This document shows positions 34,076-45,709 of a stretch of DNA of 45,743 bases, one piece after another. Position 1 is the first letter of the stretch; the number at the start of each line of letters is the position of its first letter. Origin of the DNA: Vicugna vicugna. Its lineage: Eukaryota. A model generated the notes under the pieces. It was not told where the DNA came from and did no database searches. It was given only the letters and a program-made list of their open reading frames with translations. Position numbers and translations under genes: made by a program. The DNA is taken from NCBI GenBank assembly GCA_013265495.1, contig MU062907.1:3702305-3748047 (forward strand). Direction: 5' to 3'.

Positions 34076-35560
34076 TTTTTTTGGCATAGTGATTCAGTTA
34101 TACACATATATATATATATATTCTGTTCCATTATAGGTTATTATAAGATATAGATTATAGTTCCCTGTGCTATACAGTAGGACCTTGTCTTTTTAGCTAC
34201 TTTATATGTAGTAGCTTGTATCTGCTAATCCCAGATTCCTAATTTATGCCCTCCCTTCCTCTTTGGTAACCATAGTTTGTTTTCTTTGTCTATGAGTCTG
34301 TTTCTGTTTTGTAAATAAGTTCAGTTTGTATCTTTTTTTCAAGATTCCGCATATGAGTGATATCATATGATATTTGTCTTTCTCTGTCTGACGTCCTCAC
34401 TTAGTATGACAATCTCCAGGTCCATCCATGTTGCTGCAAATGACATTATTTTATTATTTTTTATGGCTGAGTAATATATACATATATATATATATATATA
34501 CCACGACTTCTTTATCCAGTCCTCTGTCAATGGACACTTAGGTTGCTTCCCCGTCATGGCTATTGTAAATAGTGCCAAGAATACTGGGGTACATATATTT
34601 TTTGGAAATGGAATTTTCTCTGGATGTATGCCCAGGAATTAGGTTGCTGGATTATATTTTTTGGTTTTTAAGGAATCTCTATACTGTTTTCCATAATGGC
34701 TGCACCAAATTACATTCTCACCAGCAGTGCAGGAGGGTTCCTTTTTCTCTGCACCCTCTGCAGCATTTATTATTTGTGGATTTTTTTAATGATGTCCATT
34801 CTGACCCATGTGAGCTGATACCTCATTGTTGTTTTGATTTACATTTCTCTGATAATTAGTTATATTGAGCATCTTTTCATGTGCCTGTTGGCCATCTGTA
34901 GCTCTTCACTGGGGAAATGTCTGTTTAGGTCTTCTGCCCATTTTTTTCTTTGTTGAGTTTGTTTTTCTGTTATTGAGTTGTGTGAGCTCTTTGTATATTT
35001 TGGAAATTAAGCCCTTGTCAGCACATTGTTTGCAAATATTTTCCCCCAGTCCATAGGTTGTCTTTTATTTTTGCTATGGTTTCCTTTGCTGTGCAAAAAC
35101 TTTTCAGTTTAATTAGGTCCCATTTGTTTCTTTTTGCTTTTATTTCTGTTGCCTTGGGAGACTGACTTGAGAAAACATTACTGCAATTCGTGTCAGAGAA
35201 TGTTGTGCCTATGTTCTCTTCTAGGAGTTTTATGATGTCCTGTCTTATGTTTAATTCTTTCAGACATTTTGAGTTTACTTTTGTGTATAATGTGAGGAAG
35301 TGTCTTAATTTCCTTGGTTAAATGCAGCTGTCCAGTTTTCCCAAAACCACTTGCTGAAGAGACTATCTTTACTTCATTGTATATTCTTGCTTCCTTTGTC
35401 AAAGATTAATTGACCATGAGTCTGTGGACTTATTTCTGAGCTCTCTATTCTGTTCCATTGATCCACATGTCTGTTTTTGTGCCATTGCCACACTGTTCTG
35501 TATATTGTAGCTTTATAATATTGTCTGCAGTCTGGGTTGGGGGTTATGCCTCTAGCTTTA
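34076..35560 (-). mobile_element. 5'-truncated L1 (ORF2 C-terminal region and 3' UTR)
   Basis: Poly-T start; minus-strand peptides resemble ORF2p (ALFTIA..KQPKCPLTEDWIKK..YYSAIK..IMSFAATWMDLE; KEARIYN..K..; [13 protein letters not shown]). Confidence 0.92.
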
Positions 35561-35884
35561 GTTCCAGGTAAAATCTGAAATCATATCAGTGAACTCTTTG
35601 TATTTTAGTTACCTTAAAATCCATTGATCTTCTTGTACTTTTAATGGATCTTTGAGCTAAGAGTGATTCTATAATATCACGCATTTGTTATTTGGAAAGT
35701 ATTTGTTCACAGATCTACATGTTGATATGTTTCATGTTCAGTATCAACATATACCCTGTAGCCTCTGGAAACTCCACTGCATGAGAGTGCTAAAAGCAAA
35801 TAATGCCTTCAAGTACTATTATAAAAATAGCTTGGACCTCTCGGGACCCTCTGGTGTAGCAAAAACAACCCTTTCCTAAAAATA

Positions 35885-35990
35885 CATAGATCTGGGTTTT
35901 ACCTCAGGCTGTGTTCCTCACTAGCTAAGTGACCTTAAGAAAGTTCCCTCATCTTCTCATGGCTCAGTGTGTCAACTGCAAAACGGAAGT
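35885..35990 (+). mobile_element. MIR fragment
   Basis: CTCACTAGCTAAGTGACCTTAAGAAAGTT...CTCAGTGTGTCAACTGCAAAACGG. Confidence 0.6.
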
Positions 35991-36002
35991 TTGGAACTCA
36001 AG

Positions 36003-36212
36003 TCAGTGTTTATCAATGGGGCCCCACTGGCATTCAAGGCAGAAAAATCTGTTGTTATGAAGGACTGTCCCTCATGCTACAGGACATTTGCCATCCCTGA
36101 CTCCTCGACTAAAAACAAATAGCACCACACCCCACCCCCGATCATTGTAACACGCCCAGAGCCTCAAAGGAATCCTTTGCAGGGTGTTACTGTCTCCAGC
36201 GGAGACCTGTTG
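36003..36212. mobile_element. MER20-like hAT MITE
   Basis: CAGTGTTTATCAA...GGACTGTCCCTCATGCTACAGGACATTTGCCATCCCTGAC...ATTGTAACAC. Confidence 0.55.
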
Positions 36213-36313
36213 GACTAAATGAACCTACATTTCCTTTCAATTCTGAAGTGAATTCTATTAAAAAGTGGGAGAATGACATAACATAATTTAACATATTTTA
36301 AACTTCTCTTTTG

Positions 36314-36316
<3 letters not shown>

Positions 36317-36350
<34 letters not shown>
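36317..36350. repeat. (TG)17 microsatellite
   Basis: Direct reading. Confidence 0.97.
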
Positions 36351-36354
<4 letters not shown>

Positions 36355-36689
36355 CATCTACTTAGGTGCTGTAGACATTCTTGAATATACTTGATTTGAA
36401 CAAATGTTTGTGACCACTCTGGTCTAGAGACACGGAAATTAACAAAATTAGAAACACTGAAGGAAGGGGAAAATAGAAATCGGAAAAAACAAAACAAAAC
36501 CTCACGTTCTCCAGGCCACATTTTTACAAACCGAGGATGTGTGGAATCTTTAATAGTGGCCAGTGCTTTGAGCAGAGGTGTGGACAGGAAAAGCTCAGTC
36601 CTCCCTAGATAGCTAAGCTTCAGGAAGCCTGTAGATATCCGTGCAATCATCCCTCAGCCAGGCCTGCCTCCTTTCTGCTCCTGATGGAC

Positions 36690-36870
36690 CAGCGTGGCCA
36701 AGTGACTAAAAGCTTGAGTGCTGGAGCCAGCCTGCCTGTTACTTAACCTCTTTGTGCCTTCATTCCCTCACTTGCCAAGTGAGTAGAAGCACCTACCTTA
36801 GAGACACACTGTGAGGATTAAATGTGCTAATGCATGTAAAGTACTTGGAGCAGTGCGTGCCAATGGGTAA
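36690..36870 (+). mobile_element. MIR SINE
   Basis: GCTGGAGCCAG, TTACTTAACCTCTTTGTGCCTTCATTCCCTCA, TGTGAGGATTAAATG, CATGTAAAGTACTTGGAGCAGTGC. Confidence 0.8.
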
Positions 36871-37061
36871 GGAAGCGGGAAATGCCAACTCATAGTGCAG
36901 TAAGTAAAGGCAGGAAGCCCCGACCCCTTCCACTGACAGCCTTGGGCCACCTTTGAAGTTTCATTCACCTTTTCCTGTTGCTTTCTCTCATTCTCTCCCC
37001 GTAAGGCTGAACATAAAGCTAATGTTTGTCATACTTTTATGTATACACATGTGTGGTGGGT

Positions 37062-37668
37062 TGTAACAGAAGGAAGTGTTGTCAGAGAATAGGTTCTTGC
37101 CTCCTGCAGGAAAGAATTCAAGAGCAAGACATGGTAAAGTGAAAGTAAGTTTATTTAGAGAGATACACACTCCGTGGACAGGGTGTGGTCTGTCCCACTC
37201 AGAAGGGAAAGGCCTTAGGAGATACAGATTCCATAGGCAGAATGTGGGCCATCGCAGAAAGGTGAGGGGGAGAGAAGCCGAGAGGTGTGGGGGTATTTAG
37301 CTTAAGTAGAAGCAGATACACACTCCATAGACAGAGTGTGGGCCATCTCAGACGGCAAGAGAGAGACCGACCACGAGGAATGGAGCCGTTAGTTTTTATG
37401 GGTTTGGTAATTTCAGACACTAAGTAGGAGGATTATTCCAACTACTTTGGGGAAGGGATGAGGACTTCCAGGAAATGCTCCCCCCTTCACTTTTGGACTT
37501 TTTATGGTCAGCTTAGGAGCTGTCATGGCACCTGTGGGTGCAACATGAGGCTCAAGGTCTACTGGAAGTTGAATCTTCCTCTATCTTGGTTCTAACCAGT
37601 TTGTCGGGTTCTCAGTTGCTGTATCACTCCTTCAATGGTTGTGCCCTGCCCTCTTCCCTCCTGTCTCA
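37062..37668 (-). mobile_element. ERV-class (probably ERV1) LTR
   Basis: On the minus strand it begins TGAGACAGG and ends CTGTTACA (TG...CA), with AATAAA about 90 nt from the 3' end (plus-strand TTTATT 37150-37155) and an internal imperfect repeat triplet. Confidence 0.75.
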
Positions 37669-37936
37669 GAAGCACCATCTTATAACCCTGGAGGGCTTCA
37701 GCACAGAGCTCTCAGGGAGGCCACCCGATGTCCACTCTAAGGGCAGGCAAAGAAATGTCCCAAAGCCCAATAAAAACTGGTGCACCGGAATCTGGGGGGA
37801 TCAAAACACACATTTTAAAAATAAAGCTCATCTGAAATGGTCTCTGTTGGCAATGAAAGTCCCACAGAAACAGGCCAAAATGGAATTTCCAAGATTTTCA
37901 GTTTTGCAATGACCACTGAGAAGAAAATCCCAGATG

Positions 37937-37990
37937 AAAAAAAAAAGAGAGAGAGAGAAAGAGAAAGAGAGAGGGAGAGAGAGAGAGAGA
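37937..37990. repeat. Poly-A followed by imperfect (GA)n microsatellite
   Basis: Direct reading. Confidence 0.93.
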
Positions 37991-38919
37991 GCACCCCTTG
38001 CCGGGACTTTTCCACAGTGAGCATTTGAAAGAGTTGGGAGGCGAATTTTGGAGGGGTGCTACCTCTCTAGACTTGGCAGCTCACACGGAGGTGGAAGGTC
38101 GTGTCTTCTTCCTCATCCTTCTCTGGAAAGCAAGAGACTGATTTGCATTTATGCATTCTGTTTCTTGCAGAACCTTCCACTAGGCTGCAGAGAATTTTCA
38201 CTTTCAAGTCACCAGAGAAATGAGGGTGGTGGGGAGATAAGAAAGCAGAGGCACCTAGCTCTTGGGTTAATTGTGGACCTTTCTGCGACTTGGCTTCCGG
38301 CTGACTCATGGAGCTCTGGCAGGAGAATTCTGACAGATGTGTATATTCCATCAGCATCGCAGAGATAAGGGGAAGGTGACCTCATGGCAAAGCTTCTGTA
38401 TGTTTGTGTGTCTCTGGATAAACTCTCCAGTGGAGCTCCTTGGTCTGTGTTTCTCGTTTCTGTTCTGAAGTGGCCCAGACACTTGGCCACTCTTTCCCCA
38501 AGATTCTGCTAATGACCAATTTAAGTACCTGAAGGGCAAGATGAGTTTAGGGCCTCTTCCAACTCCATGAGTATATAAATTCACTTGTTTGTAGAGCTGA
38601 AAATGGCTTCAGATTTCATCTTGTTGAACTTTTTTTCAACATGGAAGCAGAAACCAGAGAGGCTCAATCAACTTCTGGGATCAGAACTCACTTTCATAGT
38701 AGGACTGGGTCAAGAACTCCAAAACACAAGCTTCTCTCCCACTCTCCAGGGTTCTTGAAATTGGGGTCCATGAGCTCCCCTGGAGGTGTGTGGCTGGGAG
38801 GACAAGAAACACAGAATTGATGAGAGACTACTTAGGGTATTTTCCTAGAGCTCCAGTTTTATCCTAAGGCCAACACTTAAAACACATTTCATATCACATA
38901 TACCTCCATTCAGATCACA

Positions 38920-39006
38920 CGTATCACGTGTTCCCCAGCTCCCGGAACGGGGCCTGATATAGTGGGTAATCTACAAATATTTGTTGAGTGAATTAATAAA
39001 TGAATG
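38920..39006 (+). mobile_element. L2 3' end
   Basis: GGGCCTGATATAGTGGGTAATCTACAAATATTTGTTGAGTGAATTAATAAATGAATG. Confidence 0.7.
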
Positions 39007-39429
39007 CTAAAAATAAGACATGATATTTCATCCAAAATTTTCACTTACAATGACAGCAGGCGTATGTCAGTGGTAACATTTGAGGAAATTATAGTAGTAC
39101 TCACATTAGCTGCCTTAAAAAGCAGCTACATTGTGGCCATGTGCTTCATTTGAAAAATCTTTCTATGCCTTACCAAAGTTTCGTGTATTTTGAAACTGGA
39201 GAAATAAGGCAGTTGCCTCCTTTGTCCATTTCTCTGGGACACAATTTCTCCCTTTTCCACCTACCTGCATAATCTTTATCTTTTCTAATCACTTCCCCAG
39301 GTGAAGGGTTCCCTAAACCTCTAGACTCTGCTAAATCCTTCAGTTTTATGCTCCACCTGATCCTGCCGGTCTGCTTTGCAACAGTCAAGACACTTGACTG
39401 ATCTCTCAAAAAGGCTCATGCTGATCTCA

Positions 39430-39500
39430 CTCATGGCCTGAGAGCCCTCTTGCCTTGCCCAGGACCTGGAACATAGTAGGCATTCAATAAATAATGTTTA
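39430..39500 (+). mobile_element. L2/MIR 3' end
   Basis: CCAGGACCTGGAACATAGTAGGCATTCAATAAATAATGTT. Confidence 0.6.
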
Positions 39501-39799
39501 ATCAAGACAGAACTGAATTTCCTGGGTTCATCATAGTAGTGATTGCCTGACTTATCCTGCTCCAATCCAGAAACCATGGTGCTTGGCTGGCCAGCGTATC
39601 AGCCACTGCTCACTTCAGACCCGATACTAGACAGTGCCTCCCGCTGCCCCGAAGTTTCAGGAGCTGACACAGTTGCAGGTCACTGATTCTTCAGACCCAG
39701 TGGCCACTCATTGTGACTCAGGCTGTTTGTCCATCCCATTCCACCAGAATCACTGTTCCCAGGGTGGCTCTATTTCCTAACTGAGAGCTATTGACAGTA

Positions 39800-40140
39800 G
39801 GGAGTCCAGCAAGGAAGTTGATTAAAAAAGCCCAGTCTGAGGCAGTGTAAATGCTTGAGGTGGGGAGGATGGAGTCAAGAGATATTTTCAGAAATAGAAT
39901 TACTGAGCTTGGAGGGGATGGGAACAGAGAGCAGGGTGTGGAGAACCCCAGTGATTCAGCTTGGATGACTAGTTGAAAGGTGACACTCTAAATGATGGAG
40001 AGGAGGGTGCCTGAAGGGGAAAACAAGAGTTCCAGTTTGAACATATTCAGTGTGAGATGCCTACCCCTGCCAGTGGACGTGTCCAGCAATTAGAAATACA
40101 AATGTGGAGATGGGGAAAAGTTCAGGGCTGGAGACCCATG
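39800..40140 (-). mobile_element. L2 fragment
   Basis: GAGTTCCAGTTTGAACATATTCAGTGTGAGATGCCT..GGACGTGTCCAGCAATTAGAAATAC..AGTTCAGGGCTGGAGA. Confidence 0.7.
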
Positions 40141-40699
40141 ATGAGAAACTAGACCATGGTCTTGGTCTGCAATCACCACCAGGTGATGTTCTGTTCATAG
40201 TCAACTACTGTCTTTCTATCCAAGATCCCGGGGTTGGGACCCCTACTGGATGCATCCTCTCTCTCAGTAAGTGACTGCCGTGCCTGGGGCCTTTGGGTCA
40301 GTATGACAAAGATGGGCTGTGGTGGCCTCAGTGGGAGACACAGGTCAAAGTACTGGACTTAGCTCAGCCCCTGTTACAGATTCATCTCTGGGTATCACCA
40401 GGAGGAGGCAGTGGTTCCAACACTGTCCGTCTTCACTCTACTGGTGATGCATTGGGAGGTGGAACACATCAATGAAAATGTAATAGAGATACAGCTGGGA
40501 GCTTACATAGCTTGATAGAAAAATGAAAAATTGTAAACAATTTTTATAGAAACACATATGCCAAATGAGGTCCACCTGTGGTGTGTGGCTCAAGTAGCCA
40601 GGAGTAGATTTATGCAGTCCTTATTTTGTAAGGGACACTGCTTGGTTTGCCTCAGCTAGACACTCAGCCAGGTGTCTGCTCTCCAGACTCTTTCTCACT

Positions 40700-41200
40700 C
40701 TCACTGACTGCACCTCTTCTTGGACTTAAAAAGACCCCAGATTCCTTGATGCCCACCCCCACCCCAGCCTTTATCCACCTTATCCTAATTGATCAGCCTC
40801 TTCAAGTTTCACTTCCATGTCTGTGTCATGGGTCCACTGACCATCAGTCCATCCACCCTTGGGCTTACATCCTCAAGTCACCTTGTCTCCTTGCCCTTTA
40901 AGCTCATCCACTAGGCAAAGCTCCAAGCCTGGATTTAGATGACTCTCTGCCTTCTTCACCCTGGCTCTTGGGCTGTTTTGAGGAAACCACGCAGCCGGGA
41001 GATGGAGGCAGACTTGCTACAGTCTCAGAGTCTCCGACCACGTGACTGTCCAACACTCTTGCCAAGGGTCATCAGTCATCTCCATCTTCCACTTGGTTAA
41101 GTATTCCAAACCCTTAACTCTCTTTTCACGCTCTGGGTCCCTTGAACCTCCTGTGGATCACATCTTCTGCTGCAGCTTCACCTGTAAAAATCAGTCCCTT
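40700..41200 (+). mobile_element. Degenerate L2 ORF2 fragment
   Basis: Pyrimidine-rich pattern like L2 sense (CCACTGACCATC, AAGCTCCAAGCCTGGATT). Confidence 0.4.
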
Positions 41201-42064
41201 CATCCGTGTCACAGAGAGCACAGGTGTGCGCTGCTAAGAGCGAGCGTGAACTGGCTATGCGTGAGACGCTGGGTTGCTACAGCCAGCAGGTGATGAGACA
41301 GGACTAAAAACGATTAAGATAGAAATAAAAATTTATTTAAGGCTCGTGTTTATTATGCTCTTACTAAAACTCAGTGTTCCAAGAGCATCACCTTATTTAA
41401 TGCTCATGACAGGTAAAAACAGATCCCTTGCTTACTCCTACTTCTTTGCTAAGAGAACTCCAATTTAGCACACACCGTGGTGTGGCTCATCACTGGTCTG
41501 AACAAACCAAGGGGTCCTGCCCCACTTGGCCAGAGTGCACTTTCCCCCCTTTACAGGGATGGGCGGCCACTTGGCTCCACTCTGAGCAATGGGAAGTCAG
41601 GGCACGTCTTCTGGGGGTGCTTCTTTTTCCAGATGAAAGGACAGCAGAGCAAAAAGAGAAGGGCTTTTGTCTTCTGCTCGGACTTTGGATGTGATCAAGC
41701 CGCCTGGCGCTGAAACGGCCATTTTGGAAACATGAGGTGACCAGCATGAGCCAAACCCAAAGTCTGAGACTGGCAACAGCAGAGGTAGCCTGGGAGAGCC
41801 TGAGCTCCTGAGACAGTGTGGAACTGCCCTCCCGGACCTGCCTCTAGAGCCCTCACAGGGAGAGACAATACATGCCTTCAACTGCCTAAGTAATTTCTCC
41901 ATCTAGTAACCAGGTTTTCCCCTTACAGTTCCTTGTATTTTGCCAGCCTGATTAGCATGCAGCCCAGACTGAATTCAAAACCTGATTTCACTGGCAACAG
42001 CAGTGAGATGCTGGGCTCGTCCTGTCACTTTGCCAACCGCCCTTCATTTGTGTGCTTATGGTAA

Positions 42065-42480
42065 TTATTTATTTAGTGAAATAGGAGTCATCATTCTAAC
42101 AGTACCTCCTTCCTGGGACTTTATTATCATGAAAGCGACTGATCCATGTAAACTGCTTACACAATACCTAGCACATTGTTAAAGTTCAAATTTTAGAGAG
42201 AGTAATAAAGGTGTAAATAGCTAAAGTTATAGTGAATCATGATAAATTATCTAAAGTTATCATTGTCATCATCATCATGATTATTAAGAGAATGAGTGTT
42301 AATATAAAGCAAATCTGCTTTTGGATCTTTTATTAACCATTTGCCCTCTTTGGGTTGTTCTCCTCCTGTGTAGATATGAGCAGCGATCTCCCTCGACAGA
42401 TCCCTGGGAGGATTTAGTGAGGTTGTGTTAAAAAACGAATAAATAGAAGCTTGGGGCCGAATAAGTGTTCAATAAACAGT
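42065..42480 (+). mobile_element. Two MIR fragments
   Basis: AACAGTACCTCCTT...CATGTAAACTGCTTACACAATACCTAGCACAT; and GGAGGATTTAGTGAG...AAGTGTTCAATAAACAG. Confidence 0.55.
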
Positions 42481-42609
42481 AAATACTCAGAATGAGAGCT
42501 CAGGAGCAGAACTCTTCTCTGCGCGGAAAAGCACCAGCTCAGTTCAGTTTTCTCCAAGTGTGCGCTTTTTTCCCCCTTTGTTTTTGTTTTTGGTTTTTTT
42601 TGGGGGGGG

Positions 42610-43165
42610 GGGTGATTGATTTAACCATTTATTTATATATTTTTATTTGGAAATGTTTCTTTCAGTAGAGTGAAACTAAATTTTAGAGACACTGGGTGTC
42701 ATTAGTTTGGATATGAATGGTTGATTATAAAAGAGAGATGTGGAAATTATTTCCCTGATGAGAAGATTTCAGAACTTCTGTGGACTGGCAGCTTCATGTG
42801 ATGCCATTTCAATAGTGACATTTCCGTCTACGTATTTTCCAAGGGTGTCACCATCTCTAAATAAGAAATAAACCTTGTCGTCTACAACTACTTCGGTGAC
42901 TCTGTATTCTGGGAGAAGAACTTTATCTCCAAAGTTCTCGCTCATTGGTTGAATCTCTCCACTCTTTCCTTTAGAGCCCAATCCAACAGCTACTCCTGTT
43001 GCTTGCAATATTTCTCCTTGAGATTTTTCTGGAAACATAATGCCTCCTTTGGGTAGTTTCAGCTGCAGTCCTTGCAACTAATATTCCGTCCAAGAGAGAA
43101 AGAAATCTTCTAAATGCCTGTCCTGCCATGACTCTGGATGCTACAGTTCATACTTTGCTTTCTCT
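42610..43165 (-). pseudogene. HSPE1: Processed pseudogene of HSPE1 (Hsp10/Cpn10), full length
   Basis: The minus strand reads MAGQAFRRFLSLLDGILVARTAAET from ATG at 43129, then a 2-nt deletion shifts into KGGIMFPEKSQGEILQATGVAVGLGSKGKSGEIQP...DKVLLPEY...FLFRDGDTLGKYVD. It is intronless. The ancestral stop TGA reads GGA (42823-42825), followed by an HSPE1-like 3' UTR with AATAAA (42642-42647) and an A-rich tail. Confidence 0.95.
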
Positions 43166-43275
43166 CTCTCTCTTTTTTCCTTTTTCATTTTGTAGCGCTT
43201 TGTAGGTAAAGTGATGGCATGCAGAATTGCAGCTCTGAGGCCGTCAGTCAGTCAATCAACAAATATTGAATAAGC

Positions 43276-43973
43276 CAGAGGTTCCCAAACCTTCACAGTT
43301 CATGGTGCCCGTGGTCTCTCTGTAAGTGGTACACGGTGTCCCTGGGCCAAAAGAAATACCTAATGGCACCATTTACTAAGTAGTTGGGTTCAAACAATTT
43401 AGTTAAAATTTGTGTCTTCAAAATTTAGTAGTTGTGTGAAAAAAAAATACACATCCATGGAAAGGAAAATGATACTGTTTTTGATTTCACTTTTAAATAA
43501 CATAGAATCAACATCTCCAAGATGAGAATGTTAGTGTGAGAGTTTCTCCCGAGTGGCCTCCTTTTCCAATGATGTACATAGTGAAGCATGTACTTTACTT
43601 AAAAAACCATTGATAATTACAGTTACTCATGGGACATGTGCTCGTGTCGGGCACTGCATGATTTCCCACACCTTGGAATCAGACGGGACCCCGTCTCTCT
43701 CGTTTCCAGTTCCATGTTGATTTTTGTGCAGCCCTTACATTTTATTACAGCAATAACCAAACTTCCGGCTCCAAAATGTTTGATGTCATTGAAAGGAATG
43801 CCAATGATCTAATGTCGAAGCTATGAACTACCTCAAGCTGGTAGTTGGCCCAGGTCCCACAAATGTTGAGGGTCACTGTCTTTCCCTTGAGAATGTAAAA
43901 TATCGTGGTGCCCTTGTGAGTTTGCTGCAGCTCCTATGGTGAGTACCTCCGCACACAGTTTGGGCACCCCCTG
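43276..43973. mobile_element. Charlie4a-like hAT transposon fossil
   Basis: Terminal inverted repeats CAGAGGTTCCCAAAC ... AGTTTGGGCACCCCCTG; internal GGCCAAAAGAAATACCTAA, CCTTGGAATCAGA, TCATTGAAAGGAATG, GAACTACCTCAAGCTGGTAGTT. Confidence 0.85.
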
Positions 43974-44348
43974 ACTAGTCAGTTACGTGGGGACCAGGAA
44001 CACTGCTGAGCATTGAGGCCCGTGCATGAACCAGATGGACACTGTCTGTGCCCCACAGATCTACAGGTTAGTGGATGAGACCAACATTAATCGAATTATC
44101 TTACCCAACATGCATTACTACAAACTCCGATAAGTGCAGTGGAGTGAAACCGGCCAGCATAGTGCCCGCGGGACCTTGTTCTCGGTATTGAGGAAAGACT
44201 CTATCCACATTTGATTCTCAGCAGCCGTTTCCATTGGTAGCCACAAATCTACAACTGTACTCAGCACCATCCTTCCTAGAACAATGACTTGGATGGAGGA
44301 GAAAACTGGTGTGATCAAAATTGGGGAATTAAAAATAAGAATGTTAAT

Positions 44349-44877
44349 TTTTTATTGAAGTATAGTCAGCTTACAGTGTTGTGTCAATTTCTGGTGTACA
44401 GCAGTGCTTCAGTCATACGTGAACATACATATATTCATTTTCATATGGATTATTATAAGATATTGAATATAGTTCCCTGTGCTGTACAGGAAAACTTGTT
44501 TATCTGTTTTATATATAGTAGCTCATATCCGAAAATCTCAAACTCCCAATTTATCCCTTCCCACCCTCTTTCCTCCCTGGTAACCATAAGTTTGTTTTCT
44601 ATGTGACTGTTTTTTTTTTTTGTAAATAAGTTCATTTGTGTATTTTTTTAAGATTCTACAAATAAGAGATCTCATATGGCAATTTTTTTCTCTTTCTGGC
44701 TTACTTCATTNNNNNNNNNNNNNNNNNNNNNNNNNNNNNNNNNNNNNNNNNNNNNNNNNNNNNNNNNNNNNNNNNNNNNNNNNNNNNNNNNNNNNNNNNN
44801 NNNNNNNNNNNNNNNNNNNNNNNNNNNNNNNNNNNNNNNNNNNNNNNNNNNNNNNNNNNNNNNNNNNNNNNNTAGTG
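44349..44877 (-). mobile_element. Young L1 3' fragment running into a gap
   Basis: TTTTTTATTGAAGTATAGTCAGCTTACAGTGTTGTGTCAATTTCTGGTGTACAGC...; candidate TSD AAGAATGTTAAT (44337-44348) / AAGAATGTGAAT (44878-44889). Confidence 0.88.
44711..44872. other. Assembly gap (162 N)
   Basis: N run at the 5' side of an L1. Confidence 1.
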
Positions 44878-45704
44878 AAGAATGTGAATCTTAATGAGAT
44901 GTATCCAGAAGGAGGTGGATGATGCCAGTACCCACCTCAGTGTCCTCCTATTACCCCTGGGTTTTAGGGACAATGTTCAGAGGGGGCTCTCCAAGAAAGA
45001 CCACTTTATTTCAATAAGGCTTTTGCTATAAATCCTAGAGGCTGGGCCAGGGTGAATGGGGCATTTAAGATGAACACTTTCTGTCTAGTTCCTGGGCAAG
45101 CTGAAGCTGACACCCTGGAAGCAGATGGTCTGGCCTCCAGGGCCTCTGTACCCCGGGCCCTCTCCCTCATCTCTCCATCTCACAGTGTGTAAGGCACTGA
45201 AGAGGTGGCCTCGCTTGCCAAACTATGTGGAGTAGTAAGACTTTCAGAAGATAACACCACAGGGGAGAGTTTTGACCTCAGTCTCTCATCTCCTGGTCCA
45301 AAGGCCCCACCAAAATCTCCTCACCCCGTATTCTAGCGCATCCTCTGGTTGATGGAGGCACAAGCCGAGAGCTCCCACTAGTGGCAGGAGTGGGTCACCA
45401 ACACTGCTTGACTTTCCAGTGGCTTCTTCCCTCATTCACACTGGGTTTAACAGAAAGGCCTATGGTCCACGGGAGGCATTCAGAAATGCCATCTTCATCT
45501 TTATGGGGACGTTTCTCCAAAGGCTAGCAGTGTTCCGTGAACCTGCTGGGAATGGATACCTCCAAACTTTCACACAGGTCTCCTTACTGTTAATCCCAAA
45601 GCCTCAGCTACAGGGTGGGTGGGGTACAGTCACGGCATTCCTGCCACCACCTCCCCGTCCCTGATTATTTTCTTCTGGGGACTGTTTAGAATCAAGAGAT
45701 GTGA

Positions 45705-45709
<5 letters not shown>

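Larger units (their letters stand above)
33414..35860. mobile_element. Charlie1-family hAT transposon fossil, split by two L1 insertions
   Basis: CAGCAGTTCTCAAAAGTTTT..CTCAGGACCCCTTTAC terminus; internal GGCATTGCTTTACAATTTTGCAAA...CAGCTGGATTCTCATA; it resumes at about 35566 (AATCTGAAATCATATCAGTGAAC...AAAATCCATTG) and ends near AAAATAGCTTGGACCTCTCGGGACCC. Confidence 0.8.

Noticed and set aside
34128-34137. Perfect CArG box CCATTATAGG
   Set aside because: Lies in an L1 3' UTR where the motif is repeat-derived.
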